The notes beneath the pieces were generated by a model, which saw only the letters and a list, made by a program, of their open reading frames with translations, was not told the DNA's origin and searched no databases. From Octopus vulgaris (taxonomy: Eukaryota), in the NCBI GenBank assembly GCA_951406725.2, contig OX597830.1, positions 4,898,001 through 4,962,000 on the forward strand: a stretch of DNA of 64,000 bases. The letters run 5' to 3'. Shown here one piece after another: positions 12,786 to 27,305 of this stretch. The number at the start of each line of letters is the position of its first letter. The first letter of the stretch is position 1. Both the position numbers and the translations under genes were made by a program.

Positions 12786-14424
12786 ATATTTACACCCCCA
12801 CCACACACACAGAGTATCTTCATTGACTAGCACAGCCATTCACTGGGCTGCTATTTCAGGTACTCTAGCAACCAGTAATTACCACTGGTCCTGTTTCTCT
12901 GTCACATGCAGAAGAGCCATTGGTAAAACCTGCTCTATCATTGATGTCAGATCAGGATTTTCTTTCATGCCTCTTTTTTTAATCCTCTTTCATCTGTTCC
13001 CTGGAGAACAATTTTGGACAAGGAGTCATGTTGGGACATGTATGTATGTGTTCACACACACACACATCATACACATGTAATGTACACCTACATACCAACT
13101 CAGTCATGGGTAAATAACAACCTTGATGTAGTGGTTTTCTGTCAAAACTATTTAATGATGGCATTGAATAAAAATTTCCAGACTGAATCACTTGCTAACG
13201 ACTGGCCAGGTTTAGAGTTTTGATGGCATTCCTTCTTAAAAATCAATCATGTGTAAACTTGTAAAGAAATCAGTTATAATAATTGTGATATGAAAATTAA
13301 TACCCAAGGAAATAACCTACATTAGAAATTTCGCTTTAGTGAACAGTTTGCTTGAAAAATTTCGCATCTTTTTTAACCTCTGACACTAAATCCAGTATAA
13401 TGATCAAAGTATATTGTTCTTCACTTTCTTAAGTGTCCATGATAAATTATTAACATTTTATTTTTGTCTTTTAGAATTGCAATTATGTGACAGTAAAAGA
13501 CATTTTTAGCAACAACTGTGCTATGAAAGCGACCACGGAAACATATAAGAAATTGTGCATCGTCATCATATTTGATGATTTGTTATTGTAGAATGATTAG
13601 ATTCATAACTAAGTTCAAGGTTAATATTATGAGGAACACAGCCCATGGCCGAATTAAAACAAACCCAGTATTATTTGTATTTATGCTATTGAATTTTGTG
13701 ATAAAAACCTAAAATCATTCCATTGAATGTTGCCAAATGAGTTTCTATACTATAGCTCAACTTGCTAGAAACAGAAACCTAACCTCCTTCACATCACACC
13801 CTGCTGCTATATAAAAAAAAATGTAAGGAACTGTAGTTCTAGTGAGGTATAATGCAAAATAGAGATTAAAAAGAATAATGTTTTATTGAGCCATTTTCAT
13901 TTTTTTGATAAAAATTGTTGTTTACACTTGCATTGTTAGCAACATTTTATGTAGATACTTTCTTCCGATCCAAACTTGATGCCTCTATTTTACTCAGAAC
14001 CTGCTTTACTCAGCAGTGTATGAGAAGAACTTTACTCAGACCCAGACATGTTGTCTCTTGTCTACCAAGTCCCTAATGTGTTACTCTCTCAGATTATTCA
14101 TTGTTTTTGCCATTGAAGTCAAATAATACATGGTGCAGTCCTTTCTTAAAATGAAAGTATCTCAACAGAACTGAACATCACTTTGTAGCAACTTTGAGGC
14201 GTCAGTTGTAGGAAATGGCAAACCATTTTCTTTGATGTACACCACATGATTTAGAACAGAATATGACGTTAAAATACTTTTCCCACAGAGCTTTTGTTTT
14301 AAGTAAAGTTCTTCTGATAAAATATGTATCAGTTGAGCATTGTAATCAATTATCCCCCCTCCCCCCAAAATTCCAGGCTTTGTGCCTATAGTAGAAAGGA
14401 TTATTATTATTATTTTCATTATCA

Positions 14425-15300
14425 TCTTCTTTCAATTCCGTTTCCATTTCTTGCCGAGTGTCTTCCTGACACCTAGGACAGAGAAATATACTGTATACAT
14501 TGGTAGGCCATTAAAAAAGCACACTAGTCTGTTCATTTACAGTCATGTGATAGAGAAAAAGGGGAAGAAAGAGAGAGAAAAGGAAAAAATTTAATAAATA
14601 GAAAAATAAAGGGGGTAAAAAAAGGAAAGAAACTTTACAGTGACAATGCTCTTCTCAATATGTGTGATGTAGCAGTTAAGACAATCTTTTGCACTTCCTG
14701 CATTGATGGTAAGCCAGGGCTCATTCTTACAACATTTAATAATACCACACAGTAGTAATAGCAAAGGTGGTAGATTTAATTGGTCATACTGTCGCCATGG
14801 CCCCAAAGGTTAGCCACAGCTCTACAGATCAAGGCACTGTTGGTGGTAACTAACAATGAGCAATGCTGTAATAGCAAGGTTAAAGTAACTACAATGGTAT
14901 TAATGGTGGAAGTCGACAATAGTGGCAGAGACAACAACTGTCTCTACATCTGCTACAATACAGGGCTCAATACGAAAATTTCGATGTAGCACAGATATGT
15001 CTTACAAAACACAAAGGAAAACTACAGCAGTACACCAAATCGTTTGTCCTATGGTTAATCTGGAAGCATATCCTCCAAGAGAGAGCCAGCTTGGGGTCGA
15101 AAAGTCATCCATTGGCACAAACTCTTCTCTAGATACAAACCTAGATTGTCACTTGAACGGGAACTGCCCCAACTCAAGCCCTTCAAGTCCACAACCACAC
15201 CAACCATGGAAAGAAAAATGTAAGGGGATCAAATGGACCTGAGAAGAGTATACAGAAGTAATATTATTACGCATTAGGCAGATCATCTGAAGAGAAACCC
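14425..15300 (+). mobile_element. Probable 5' part of an R4/Dong-like (RLE) LINE inserted in (ATT)n
   Basis: ORF 14922-15242 ends KGIKWT*EEYTEV, resembling the N-terminal 'KWTREE' motif of R4/Dong ORFs (CGA to TGA decay). The segment starts right after an (ATT)n tract. Confidence 0.45.
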
Positions 15301-15327
15301 ACTGCACATCATCATCATCATTATTAT

Positions 15328-15500
15328 GCTGATCCGTGGTATAAGCTGCCGGACGAGATGGTGAAGATGCCGACGACCACTCGGTTCAAAGTCTCCCTTG
15401 ACCACAAGTGGCCTGAACTCTTTACATGAACACCACCCTGTACATAACTCGATGTCCCCCTACATGGCCTTGCTTTTTGAGCCAAAAATTAACTAACTAA
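15328..15500 (+). mobile_element. CR1/L2-group LINE 3' end
   Basis: DPWYKLPDEMVKMPTTTRFKVSLDHKWPELFT* matches the W..LP..VV......FK..LD C-terminal motif. A short 3' UTR and an (AACT)n tail follow. Confidence 0.75.
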
Positions 15501-15574
15501 AGGCGGTGCTCCAGCATGGCCGCAGTCAAATGACTGAAACAAGTAAAAGAGTAAAAGAGTAACTAAGTAAAATT

Positions 15575-17005
15575 ATTAAGACAGCAAGCTAGCAGAACTG
15601 TTAGCATACCAGACAAAATGCTTAGCAGCATATCATCTGACATTATGTCATGAGTTCAAATTTCACTTTGCCTTTCCTTCTTTTGTGGTTGATAAAATAA
15701 GCACCAATCAAGCATTGTTATTGATGTAATCATGAAGCCCACTCCCCTAAATGTCAGGCCTTGGACTTGTAATAGAAGGGATTATTGTTATTATTACATT
15801 GATTATTGCCAGCAGCGAGCTGGCAGAATTGTTAGCATACCAGGCAAAATGCTTAGCGGTATTTCGTCAGTAGCTACGTTTTGAGTTCAAATTCTGCTGA
15901 GGTCAACTTTGCCTTTCATCCTTTCGGGGTTGATAAATTAAGTGCTAATGAAACACTGGGGTTGATATAATTGACTAGACCTCTCCCCACTGAGGCCTTG
16001 TGCCTCCAGTAGAAAGGGTTGTTATTATTATTCTGAGTTCAAATTCTGCCTTTCATCCTTTTGAAGCCAATAAAGTACCAGTTGCATACTGGAGTTGTTC
16101 TAATCAATTGGCCTCCTCCCCCAAAATTTCAGGCCTTGTGCCTATAATAGAAAGGATTATCATTTAAGGTGGCAAGCTAGCAGAATAATTAGCACACCAG
16201 ATGTAATGCCTAGCGGTATTTTGTCCATCTTTCTGTTCTGAGTTCATATGCCACAAGGGTTGAATTTGCCTTTCATCTTTGCTGGGGTTGATAAAATAAG
16301 TACCAGTTGAATACTAGGGTCGATATAATCAATTAAACCCTTCCCACAAATTTCAGACCCTGTGCCTATAGAAGAAAGGATTATTAATCAAAATCAAATC
16401 AAATCAAATGGAAATTTTAGTTGCGGCTGATGCCAGTGTCGCCTGACTGGGTCCCATGCTGGTGGCACGCAATAAGCACCATTTATGCATGGGTCATTAC
16501 CAGTGCCACCTAACTGGCTTCCCATACCAGTGACATGTAAAAAGCACCATCCGAATGTGGTTACTGCTAGTGCCACCTGACTGGCTCCCAATGCCAGTGA
16601 CATGTAAAAAGCACCCACTACATTCTGGTTGGCATCATGAAGGGCATCCAGCTGTAGAAACATTGCCAGATCAAATTGGAGCCTGGTGTGGCCTCCTGGC
16701 TTGCCAGTCCCCAGTGAAACCGTCCAACCCATGGCAGCATCGAAAATGGATGTTAAACAATGATGATGATGATTATTATTACTATCATTATTATAGAAAA
16801 GTGGCAAGGTTGTAGAATCATTAGTACACCAGGGGAAATGCTTAGTGGTATTTTGTTCGTCATGACATTCTGAGTTCAAATTCTGCTGAGGTCGAATTTG
16901 CCTATCATCCTTTTGGAGTCAATAAGATTGACTAGGGTCAATATAATCGACTCATCCCTTCCCCTAAAATGGCAGTCCTTGTGGCAAAATTTGAAACCAT
17001 TATTA
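15575..17005 (+). mobile_element. Head-to-tail cluster of about 5 copies of a tRNA-derived SINE (GCCTTTCATCCTTTCGGGGTCGATAAA core) separated by (ATT)n
   Basis: Repeated 'gagctggcagaat.gttagca...gagttcaaattc.gc.gaggtc.actttgcctttcatcc' units at about 15580, 15810, 16030, 16165 and 16797. Confidence 0.85.
16395..16772 (+). mobile_element. RTE-type 3' module / SINE with internal tandem units, nested in the SINE cluster
   Basis: Three copies of 'cagtgccacctgactggctccca.gccagtg.cacgtaaaaagcacc', then gaagggcatccagctgtagaaac...ccaacccatg...gatgatgat. Confidence 0.8.
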
Positions 17006-19152
17006 TTACAGCAGCAAAAAGCTATATGCATCTTTACAAGATTGTTTTTACAAACTCAGATAAGATTCTCACCATTTTAAATATATCTGAGGTTTTAAGT
17101 TCTTTTTTGTTGTTTTTGTTGTTGTAAGATCTTAATAAGTGAGACTGCTCAAAACTCAGACTCTCAGGCCTAGGCCAGATGGTTCATCATCATCGTTAGC
17201 TGTTTATATATGCTTTTTTTTAGACAGATATGTGTTAAATGTGATTTAGAGTTGGATGTCCTTTTCTGTTACTATCTCTTTTAATTCTCTCTCATACACA
17301 GATGTGGTGCAACTATTCTAAGCCAAGACATCCCAATACCCTATGAATTTTCTATAAAACCAGAAACTCATTACATTTTATACTTTCTCTCTTTCTTCCT
17401 TTTCATCATTTTCATATTCATTTCTGGGTTTTTATTTCTATTTCAATGGAATCTAATTTAAATTTATTTTTCCAAACATTTTCAAAAATATCATAATGAT
17501 GTTACTTAGGAAGTAGCGTCTACACCATTTTCCAAATATAATAAAATCATCAAATTCTATTTCTCATGAAACGAAAATAATGTGCCTTGAAAAGGAAATT
17601 TGTGTATATCAAATGAACTCTTGAAATATTAACCTTGTAAAGAGTTTCAAGAATATGGCACTTGCTAAGTTTCTTGGAGTTTTCATATTATTTTATACTT
17701 GGTTATGGAATGGATTTCATTTAGTTTGCATCTTTTCACTGATATGGTGATTGCATGTTAAAAATATATTCAGTGCTCATTAAGAAATATAGCCAGACTC
17801 TCTAGTTTGGTATGAAGCAAAGAATTTTCTCTGAAGAATATTTCTATGGGTTGGCTGGTGAGTTTCTAAATTTGTTTAATTGGTTCTATCCCTCTACGCT
17901 GTGAATATGTCAATATTTTAGTTTAGAGTTTAGTTGAAACCAGGGCAAAAGATTCGCTTTTCCCTCTGAAGAAGAAATGTACCTGAAAGGGAACTTCAAG
18001 CTGTATTCAAACTCTGCATAAATGAATAAAGCCATATCTTGACAATGTCATATACAACTATGTAAAATGATATTACATATAGTATATGAAATGTATATGC
18101 AAGCAACCATCAATGTATCTCATAGGATATATCAATATGTCTGTCAATGGGGTGGATTTGCTATGCTGAAGACATGGACCAAATTTGACTTATAATTATG
18201 TTTATCTGTTTTGTTAATTAATGCTAGTTTATTTTATATGCAACAAACAGAATGCCTTTTCTAGATTACTGACCAAAATGATTGCTAAGCAAGGTGGTGA
18301 AGTGGTTAGGGAGTGACATTATTTATTCAGTCATCCTGTCATTTAAACTATATTTGGGGGACATGTTCTATTGATGTTGTTTGTGTTTTCTGAAAAATAA
18401 TCTCAGTTGTTAAGTGTTCAGAGGGTTATGTTGAACCAGAGAGAAGTAAGGAAACAAAGGTGGAAATTTAGTAGCGAAACACTGGATTGCAGGAACCACA
18501 AGTCATTGTATAATTGATAAAGCTTAAGGACACAAGAAAAAAAAGAAAAGCTATTGAAAACCAACACAGCTTCAGCTGACTTAATAGATGTGATGTAAAT
18601 TTCAACATTCATTTTCTCCTTTGATAGTATAGATGTGTAAGGTACATTACAGGGTCATAATAGAGTACTCTTTAAAATCGGTATATTTTAGTTTCACATA
18701 TTGATTGAGGTCTTAATATTCAACATCAAATTATTTTAATTATTTTCCTGTAGAAATATGTTAAAGTGTATTTTGAAATCACATGGTCTTCTGAACAGAT
18801 TGTGATGATCTCAACAAAATCGTTGCTTCATGGTGAACACATTTCAAGCATAATACTTGAAACTTAGATTGGACATTTGTACCTGGTAACTTGCTCTGTC
18901 GCCTGTTTTCCAGTATCTTTATATGTTCTGCCATAGAAGTAAAAGAGAAAACATATACAGGAAAACAATGATTGTTTTCTGAACTCCAGTGAAATCATTT
19001 CATCGCTTGTAATTCACAAAGATACTGTACGACCAGGTGGATAACAAAGCTCCACTGCAGCATTTTATTATATATAATTCATCAAGTCTGCAGAAAGGTT
19101 CCCAGGTTTTGGCTGGTGACTGATTTCACTTTTTTCAGGTTTAGAGTGCGAA

Positions 19153-20014
<862 letters not shown>

Positions 20015-20076
20015 GTTTAAATAAACTGGCAATATGATATTCCGAAATATAACAATATATATATATATATATATAT

Positions 20077-20213
20077 GTACACTCTCTACAGCGGCTGGCA
20101 TTAAGAAGGGCATCCAGCCACAGAAACTATGCTAAAACAGATGACTGGAGCCTGGTGCAGCCCTCCAGCCCTCCAACCCATGTCACCTATACCAGTACGG
20201 AAAATGGACATAT

Positions 20214-20215
<2 letters not shown>
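20077..20215 (+). mobile_element. RTE-type 3' tail / SINE fragment
   Basis: tacactct...ggcattaagaagggcatccagcc..agaaac...ggagcctggtgcagcc...ccaacccatg. Confidence 0.75.
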
Positions 20216-20255
<40 letters not shown>

Positions 20256-23200
20256 ACACACACACACTTTTGTCATATATAAATATATATATATCAGAAT
20301 TCTTAATTTCTCAGTTCTCCTAGAACTCTAGAAGTTAAGAGAAGACAGGCCAAATTTGACAAATACTTTGGTTTATCTACCAGGTTATTTTATTTCTTCT
20401 GCTGAATGCATATTGACAGCATGGATGAATGACAGAGCATAAATATACTGGGAGAGAAACTGTGTACGAAATGCGTTTGCCACAGTATGAAGTGATATAT
20501 TGGTATATGACGTCTATAAAGAATGGTTATTAGTTGAAAAGTGCAATGCCAAGAGAAGGAGTGTAAGGAAGAGAAAAAGACAGCAATGAGTGGATTGGTG
20601 TCTGTTTGACATCTCAAAGAAATGATAGAATGTCTGTCCACAAGTAGACAGACACAATGTCAAAATGATGATATTGATGATGATAATGTGTGTTAATTTT
20701 TTTAATTCTTCCAGTTAAGAAAACCAAAATGTCTAAGACACAAAGTTCTTACTTTGCCTAAAAAACAAAGTAAGAATGATTATTCTATCAAGCTACCTAC
20801 CGATCTACATAGAGAAGAACTGAATTTGGAGAGTAGATATTGAGTACACTTGGTCTCTGCCTGGGAATCAAATGTTTCAAGAGGTTACTGTCTCTAAGGG
20901 TTGAAATCTTTTCACTGAATTTACATGAGACACTCTCATCAACTGTCTGGTTAAATTCTACAGAATTTTTTCTCTTTTTTGTTTTTACTCTTTTACATAT
21001 AGTCTATATGTAAATTGTTCTTCAAATTGTAAAAACAGCATGTTTTTAGGAAGTTGAGATTTTTAGACAAGGATACATATAGAATTATATCTGTCATTTA
21101 ATTCACACTCTTGTATATTTTTATGTATAGTTGCTTGTGTGTATGTGAATCTGTGTGTGTGTGTGTGGATGTTTGTTGATAGGTTCAGCAATTCAAAGCA
21201 CTTTGAAAAATTATCAAATGCTCCCAAAAGTATGCTTCATACTTTTGGGAGCAATGAATATTTCTAAATGCACACACAAATAAATGTAGAATGTGAGGTA
21301 CTGTATATCTGTAGGATTAAGAAGGTTTTCTAACTTCCACAGGATTCAGGGATCAACCCCACAACATGGCATTTTGGACAAATGTCAGTTTGTTTAGCCG
21401 TGGCTTGACCCATAGATTATTAATATAAACCGGGGTAGGCAGAAATTGTATAGAAGACCATCGGATGGATTGCTCCTGTATCTCAGAAGATACAGTGTCA
21501 CAATGCTCTAAGACACATTGATAATACTTTGAGTACACATGTCATGGAATGCTCAACCACTTACACTTTAATTCAGGAGGAGGTAACTGAGTTTATTCAT
21601 CAATTGGGTCCTCATCAGTGAATGATGAAGATCCACCACCATATATGCAAGTACATACATCCTGTACACACACACATACACACACAAATATACACACAAA
21701 ATTTCTCTTTGTATTAAAGAAGCCAGTTTGTTTTTGCTTCTGCATATCTGGAGAGGTGGTCATGTTTCCATGTCTTGCAAATCTTTAAGCAATGTGTGAG
21801 GCCGAGTCAAACTATTCATAAATACAACTCCAATTATATGTGTAGATTGCAATTTGTGTTCAATTGTTGCCTTACTCATATGTGCATGCGTTTATATAGG
21901 TAGATAGACAGATATAGGTATACACACATGGATATATTTAGGTTTCATAATGGAATAATATTCAGCTAGTAAAGGGAGATTACCAGCAGTATTCTGGGAC
22001 TGTTAACTGTGTCCAGTGACACTGCTGGATGTCGCCACAAAATGAATGCTGCCTACAACTTTCAGTTCAATGCAAACTTTTCACATTATTCTCCTCTTTA
22101 TGGTGGTTACAAAATGAGTGAACACAATAACCACTCAACAACAGAATGAAGCCAAATCAATAGCCGAGATATATCCAACAAATGCAGTTGTGAGGAATAA
22201 TCCCATGCTTACTCAGCTACATTTCATTAATAACATCAGAAACACACACACACATGCTAATTTTCTTGAATAGAATACAAAGACTATGAAAGAAGGAAGC
22301 TGTGGGTGTTAATAGACCATGCTTATTAAATAACAAAAGCAGGAAGTTTTGAAGACAGATGCATGTAAAAGAATATTTGATGTTATAAAATATGATAAAA
22401 TGTTTAACCATTCATTAAATTTAAGATTTGTTATATCAGTTTTGTGCAAACTGCAGGTGTTTAAATAAGGAATCAACTAAGAACTCCCAGGCAATTTTGT
22501 CAAAAAAGAAACAAAGATTTTTCCATCACAATGATTTCCAACTTTACTGAAATGTTCAGTGTTGTTGAATAGTTGGCTTGGAGCTAGGTAAAAATATTCT
22601 ATAGTTATTTAAGAAATTTAGTCAGTGGAATTTAAATTTAAATTATTCAGATAAAGTTATATACTTTTATTTCTTTATATAGCAGAATGAATAATAAACT
22701 GGTGTTTCAGAATAAGACCAGATTTCATGTCCGATTCCTCAATCCAAAATAGATTGGAGAGAAAGAGAGAGAGAGAGAGAGAGTGTGTGTGTAAGACAGA
22801 CAGAGTGAGTGTGCATTTGCATGTGTGTGTGGGGGGTGATCTTATATTCCTTTTAGATTTCATTTAATAGTTAAATGTCACAGTGTTTTATGATAACACA
22901 GAATAATTATTTGTTTACCATTAAAATTGGTTGGCTACTAATGGTCTCTGTACTGACAAATCAGATCGACAATATAAACAAAAGAGATGTATGTGATGTA
23001 GTTTGAGATGAAGTATAGGTGGGGTACAGACGTGTTATCTGACATTGTTTATAGTTTTAAAAAAGTAAGTGCTTACATACACATGACAACGACGAACATT
23101 TAAATGTAAAAATGGACTCAATACAAGTGGAGAGTCTAATACAGTTTGAATAAGCCAGAAAGTTGACAGAACTTCAAAGTCAATGAAATTATAATAAATA

Positions 23201-26200
23201 AGGTTGTGTATGTCAATGAGTATTGTGTGGATGATAGGTAGAGAGGATTGTGATGGAGAGTTTATTGTTATAACAGAAAAGAAACAAGGAAAGAAAGTGA
23301 TGTGCTTTGAAGAACTGTAGAAAAGAGTTCAAAGATTGGTAGTGAGAAAAAGGAAAAGAAGGTAATAAAGGTGTCAGGAAGGGTTGTAAGTGAACTTTAG
23401 GAAAACTAAAGTAAGTGGAACCAAGTGAATAATGTCACCTCTTTGGTAATTACTATAGTTAGATGTATGGAGGTTGTGTCTAGAAATACTCAATTGTTTT
23501 CCTCTACAATCTACATTTTCTTGTGTCTTTTTATTTAAGTTCCTTCCAGTATTCTCATGGAAGAAGCTTATCAAAATATCATCGTTATCTTCCATAGAAG
23601 ATTTCAATCCTTTTCCCATACAATTCATATTATTTTGTGATGTTTTCCTACTTCGATATCTTCCACCATTTCTCAACAGACATATCATCTACTTAGAAGA
23701 GAAAGACCCTGTGCAAATTTTTGTTCCGATTCTAGCAAACAACTCAAAACCCATATCAGACCAATGAACGCAAGAAATAAAACTGAAAACTCATACAAAC
23801 ACTACTCCTAATAGAACTGTATGCCCAGTCAGCTCACTTGCACTAATAATGTTTAGAGAGACTATTACAATAAATGTTTTTATGTAAATATATTTAAAAA
23901 CAACATTCCTTTATATAACTCTTGATATGTAATAAAAGAATGTTAATCTTTAGAAGTGGATTCTTAGAAATTTTGGTTGTGTTTTCTGTCACTTAGTATC
24001 TTGACTACTTCCATGTAGTTTACATAGATTCAACATTTGCTCATGCAGTCAGGGCCTCCAGTTATCTCTCTTATATCACTAACTTTCATAAGCCACACAC
24101 ACACTGTAACGAGGAGAAGGGGGAGGATTATATAATAACCTCGTTAGAAAATTGTTCTTATGACCAAACAGTGCAAGCTTCGTTTGATAATTTGAATGTA
24201 GAAGATCATTATTTATGGAAATATCGTTTACATGAGAAGAAATATGTGGAGAAAATGAATTGCAGAAAAGCAAATGGAATAAAATAAACTGAATGAAACT
24301 TAGATAAAGGTCGTGAATGTATTTAGAAAGAATATCATTTCCTGAAAGATGTAAATATTTCTGATGCCAGTTGAAACCAAATTCTTTCTAAAGTTCTATA
24401 GTTCTTCATTTGTGCAATCCTATTTGGTGTTCTCATAGGAGACAACCTCTTATATATGTTTGCAAACACACTTGCTTCTAGGTTTGATTTTAAATCTTCC
24501 AAGCTGGTAGAATCATTGGGACTCACAAAAACAGTCCTTGCAGTATTTCTTCTGGGGTCTTATTCATTTTATCTTATTAAAGGTGATTACATTAAATCCC
24601 AGTCAAATATAGGGAACAACAGTATCAAGTAGACCCCTCCCCTCAAAAAATCACTAGCCTTTCACCCATATTAGAAATTATTATTATTACTATTCTGTCT
24701 CATATTCACGTTGTACCTGAACTTCACATCTCTCTCTCTCTTTCTCACTTTCCAGGTGGGTAGGCCATGTATTCACCTCTTCAGCAAAATACCTGCCCCT
24801 GTCCTCTATCAGAATTTCTTATTCTTCCAGGCTATATGCTACTCAGTTGGGTGGGTGTTATTTTGCAGGTGTTTGGTGACCTCACCATTGCTGATGGCAC
24901 ATAGAAAGCCCCCAGTACACTCTATTAAGGGGTTAGCATTAGGGAAGGGAATCTAGTTGTAGAAACCTTGCCAAAGCTGACATAGAACCTATTGAACCAT
25001 CCACTGCATGCCAGCATGGAAAAAAAGGACATCAAATGATAATGATGTTGAAGAAGAAGATGGTGACCTGAAAGAATTATGAGTGAGTGGAGAAAATGCC
25101 TCTTTACACTTCAAGTTCAAATTCCACTGAGGTCAACTTTGCCTTTCACTCTTTCAGAGTTGATAAGATTAGTACCAGTCAAACAACCAATGTAGTTAGC
25201 TTGCCTGGCCTCCCTAAACTTGCTGTCAAAATTTGGAACCTTTATTATTCTACTATTAATGTTTAGAATCCAGCAGCATTTCCTAATCAGAAATGTCCTT
25301 TGTTATTTCATAAATTCTACAAATCCCTTAAATAGGATAAGTTATATAATTGTTAATTATTAATATTATAGAGCATACATTTAATAAGTTGCATTTTTCA
25401 CCTCAACTTCACCATTAATTAGATTTGTAAGACTGTATTAATGAAAATGCTTGATAAAAATCACTGAAAATACTTGCCACATTACATTACCTAACGAAAT
25501 ATGAAATGTTTCTTTTATCAAATATATAGAATAATGGCACCAATTCTTTGTAGCAACAATTATGGTGTTCTAACTAAATACATTAAAAGTTGTCTCAACT
25601 TTCAACAATCTTTTTGGGTTCTCATATCTTTTAGTTTATCAATGGATTATCATTTGTGATTAGAGTTAAGTGCAAAAAAAAAAAACCGTATGCTATTTAT
25701 ATTTATTTTTATTTTTCCCCCACATAACTTCAATTTTTCTGACATTTACACATTTTCAATACAAAATAATTGTTGGTTTTAACACAAGGCATACTAAGAC
25801 TGTATTCTTTTATATAAAAATGACACTGAAAAAATAGAATGAAATAAAAGAATTTAAATATTATAAAGCTGAATGGGAAAATTGTTTGATAATCTTTTTG
25901 TTTTTGTTAAGCACACAGAACTAAGATAACATGTTATATTGTGACTGAGTGCTACAGTAGATGATATTATCATCACCATTCTTTTGAACTTAAACGGTAA
26001 ACTTAACAGGCCTCAGTTCAAATGTTATTCCTATTACTAAGTAATCATCAGAATTGTTTGCTTTGATAGCAAGTTTTGTTTTGCTGTACTAAAAATTGTT
26101 TAAATGATTGTCAGTTGTATCACCTCAAGTCTAATCATGAATAACCTTTCAGGATGTTGCAGTAGATAAATATTTCTTAGATTTTTCTGATTTCTTTGTG

Positions 26201-26299
26201 ACTAAGACTGAGTGAGATGAATAATTTTGATGACATTGTAAATCCAAAACCTGAGAATGTTTTAGTGAATACATTCAAAAGGATAAGACTAATTTTTAT

Positions 26300-26465
26300 C
26301 ACTTGGTGCCATGTGAAAAAGCATTCAGTCCACTCTGGGGAGTGGTTAGTGTTAGGAAGGGCAAAACGGACACAGTAGCCTGGGTTAGTCTTCTGCCAGG
26401 CCAGTTCTTGTCAAACTGTCCAACCCATGCCTGCATGGAAGGCGGACGTTAAACAATGATGATGT
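26300..26465 (+). mobile_element. RTE-type 3' tail / SINE fragment
   Basis: gttaggaaggg...tgtccaacccatgcctgcatggaaggcggacgttaaacaatgatgatg. Confidence 0.75.
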
Positions 26466-26704
26466 AGACATAGGCTCAGCTAACAATATGTGACTGGTGC
26501 CAGGATATATAATACGGATCACACATTTAATTAATCAGAAAGGAGTACAAATAATTAATCTATCCAAAGAATTTCATACTGAGCTTTCCGTTCAGCCATC
26601 ATGAGCAAGGTCAAGTTGGAGCAATGTCTTCTGTGTGTAATATTTATAATTAACAACATCATTTCATTATCCTAACCATGTCTTGTTTTTCTATTTGGTT
26701 TTAG

Positions 26705-26811
26705 CTATCACTGGATTGTATCCGGATTTGGTTTATGTAAACCTTCCTCTGTAACAACAAACTGTGGTCCTGGTCTGCAACAGCGCACAGTCATATGCGT
26801 AGAGGAAACTG
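26705..26811 (+). CDS. THSD7A: Internal coding exon encoding a thrombospondin type-1 (TSP1) repeat; THSD7A/THSD7B-like protein
   Basis: Acceptor 'tcttgtttttctatttggttttag' and donor 'G|gtgagt'. The phase 2 to phase 1 exon reads YHWIVSGFGLCKPSSVTTNCGPGLQQRTVICVEET. The YxW...C-x8-CGxGxQxRxVxC pattern is a TSP1 repeat, and the long spacer before CGxG is typical of THSD7 rather than ADAMTS (CSxTCG). The gene symbol is a family-level inference. Confidence 0.8.
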
Positions 26812-27254
26812 GTGAGTACTGCTCTTCATTACATTGCAATAAATTAATCAAAAATACTCAATCAACCCAAATTCTTTTATCAATTATATTCTTATTAACA
26901 GCCATCAAATATGACTTAAGTATGAGCCAACAAAGTGCCCTCTACATGATCATGTCATCTGCTAGAAACAGCGACCAATTTCATTTCAAATCTTGTACTA
27001 TCATCTTTACAAAATGGATACATAGGATAATATACTCTTGGGTATAAATTTGATGGGATCATCATGGTTGCAACACTTTACCTATAGATTTGCAGGATCA
27101 CAGCTGACCTGTGGTTAAACAACTATACCAGCAACATAGACAGGCCTTATAAACTATGACAAAAGATGAAATATAAGTGAATAACTTCCATATTTCATAT
27201 TCAGCTTGTACCCCCACACACATATACATATCTGCATATGTAAATATATAAACA

Positions 27255-27305
<51 letters not shown>

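Noticed and set aside
15575-17005. Regularly recurring repeat units suggesting a CRISPR-like array
   Set aside because: The units are diverged ~200-bp SINE copies in a eukaryotic intron, with no constant short repeats, unique spacers or cas genes.
17959-18000. CTGAAGA...GAAA motif on the plus strand (a similar case is at about 43573)
   Set aside because: No stem III/NUH or stem I closure; chance match.
19085-19150. Possible decayed hammerhead on the minus strand next to (TA)n (CTGAAAA...CAAAA)
   Set aside because: Both core boxes are mutated and no stem I partner is present, so it is not supportable.
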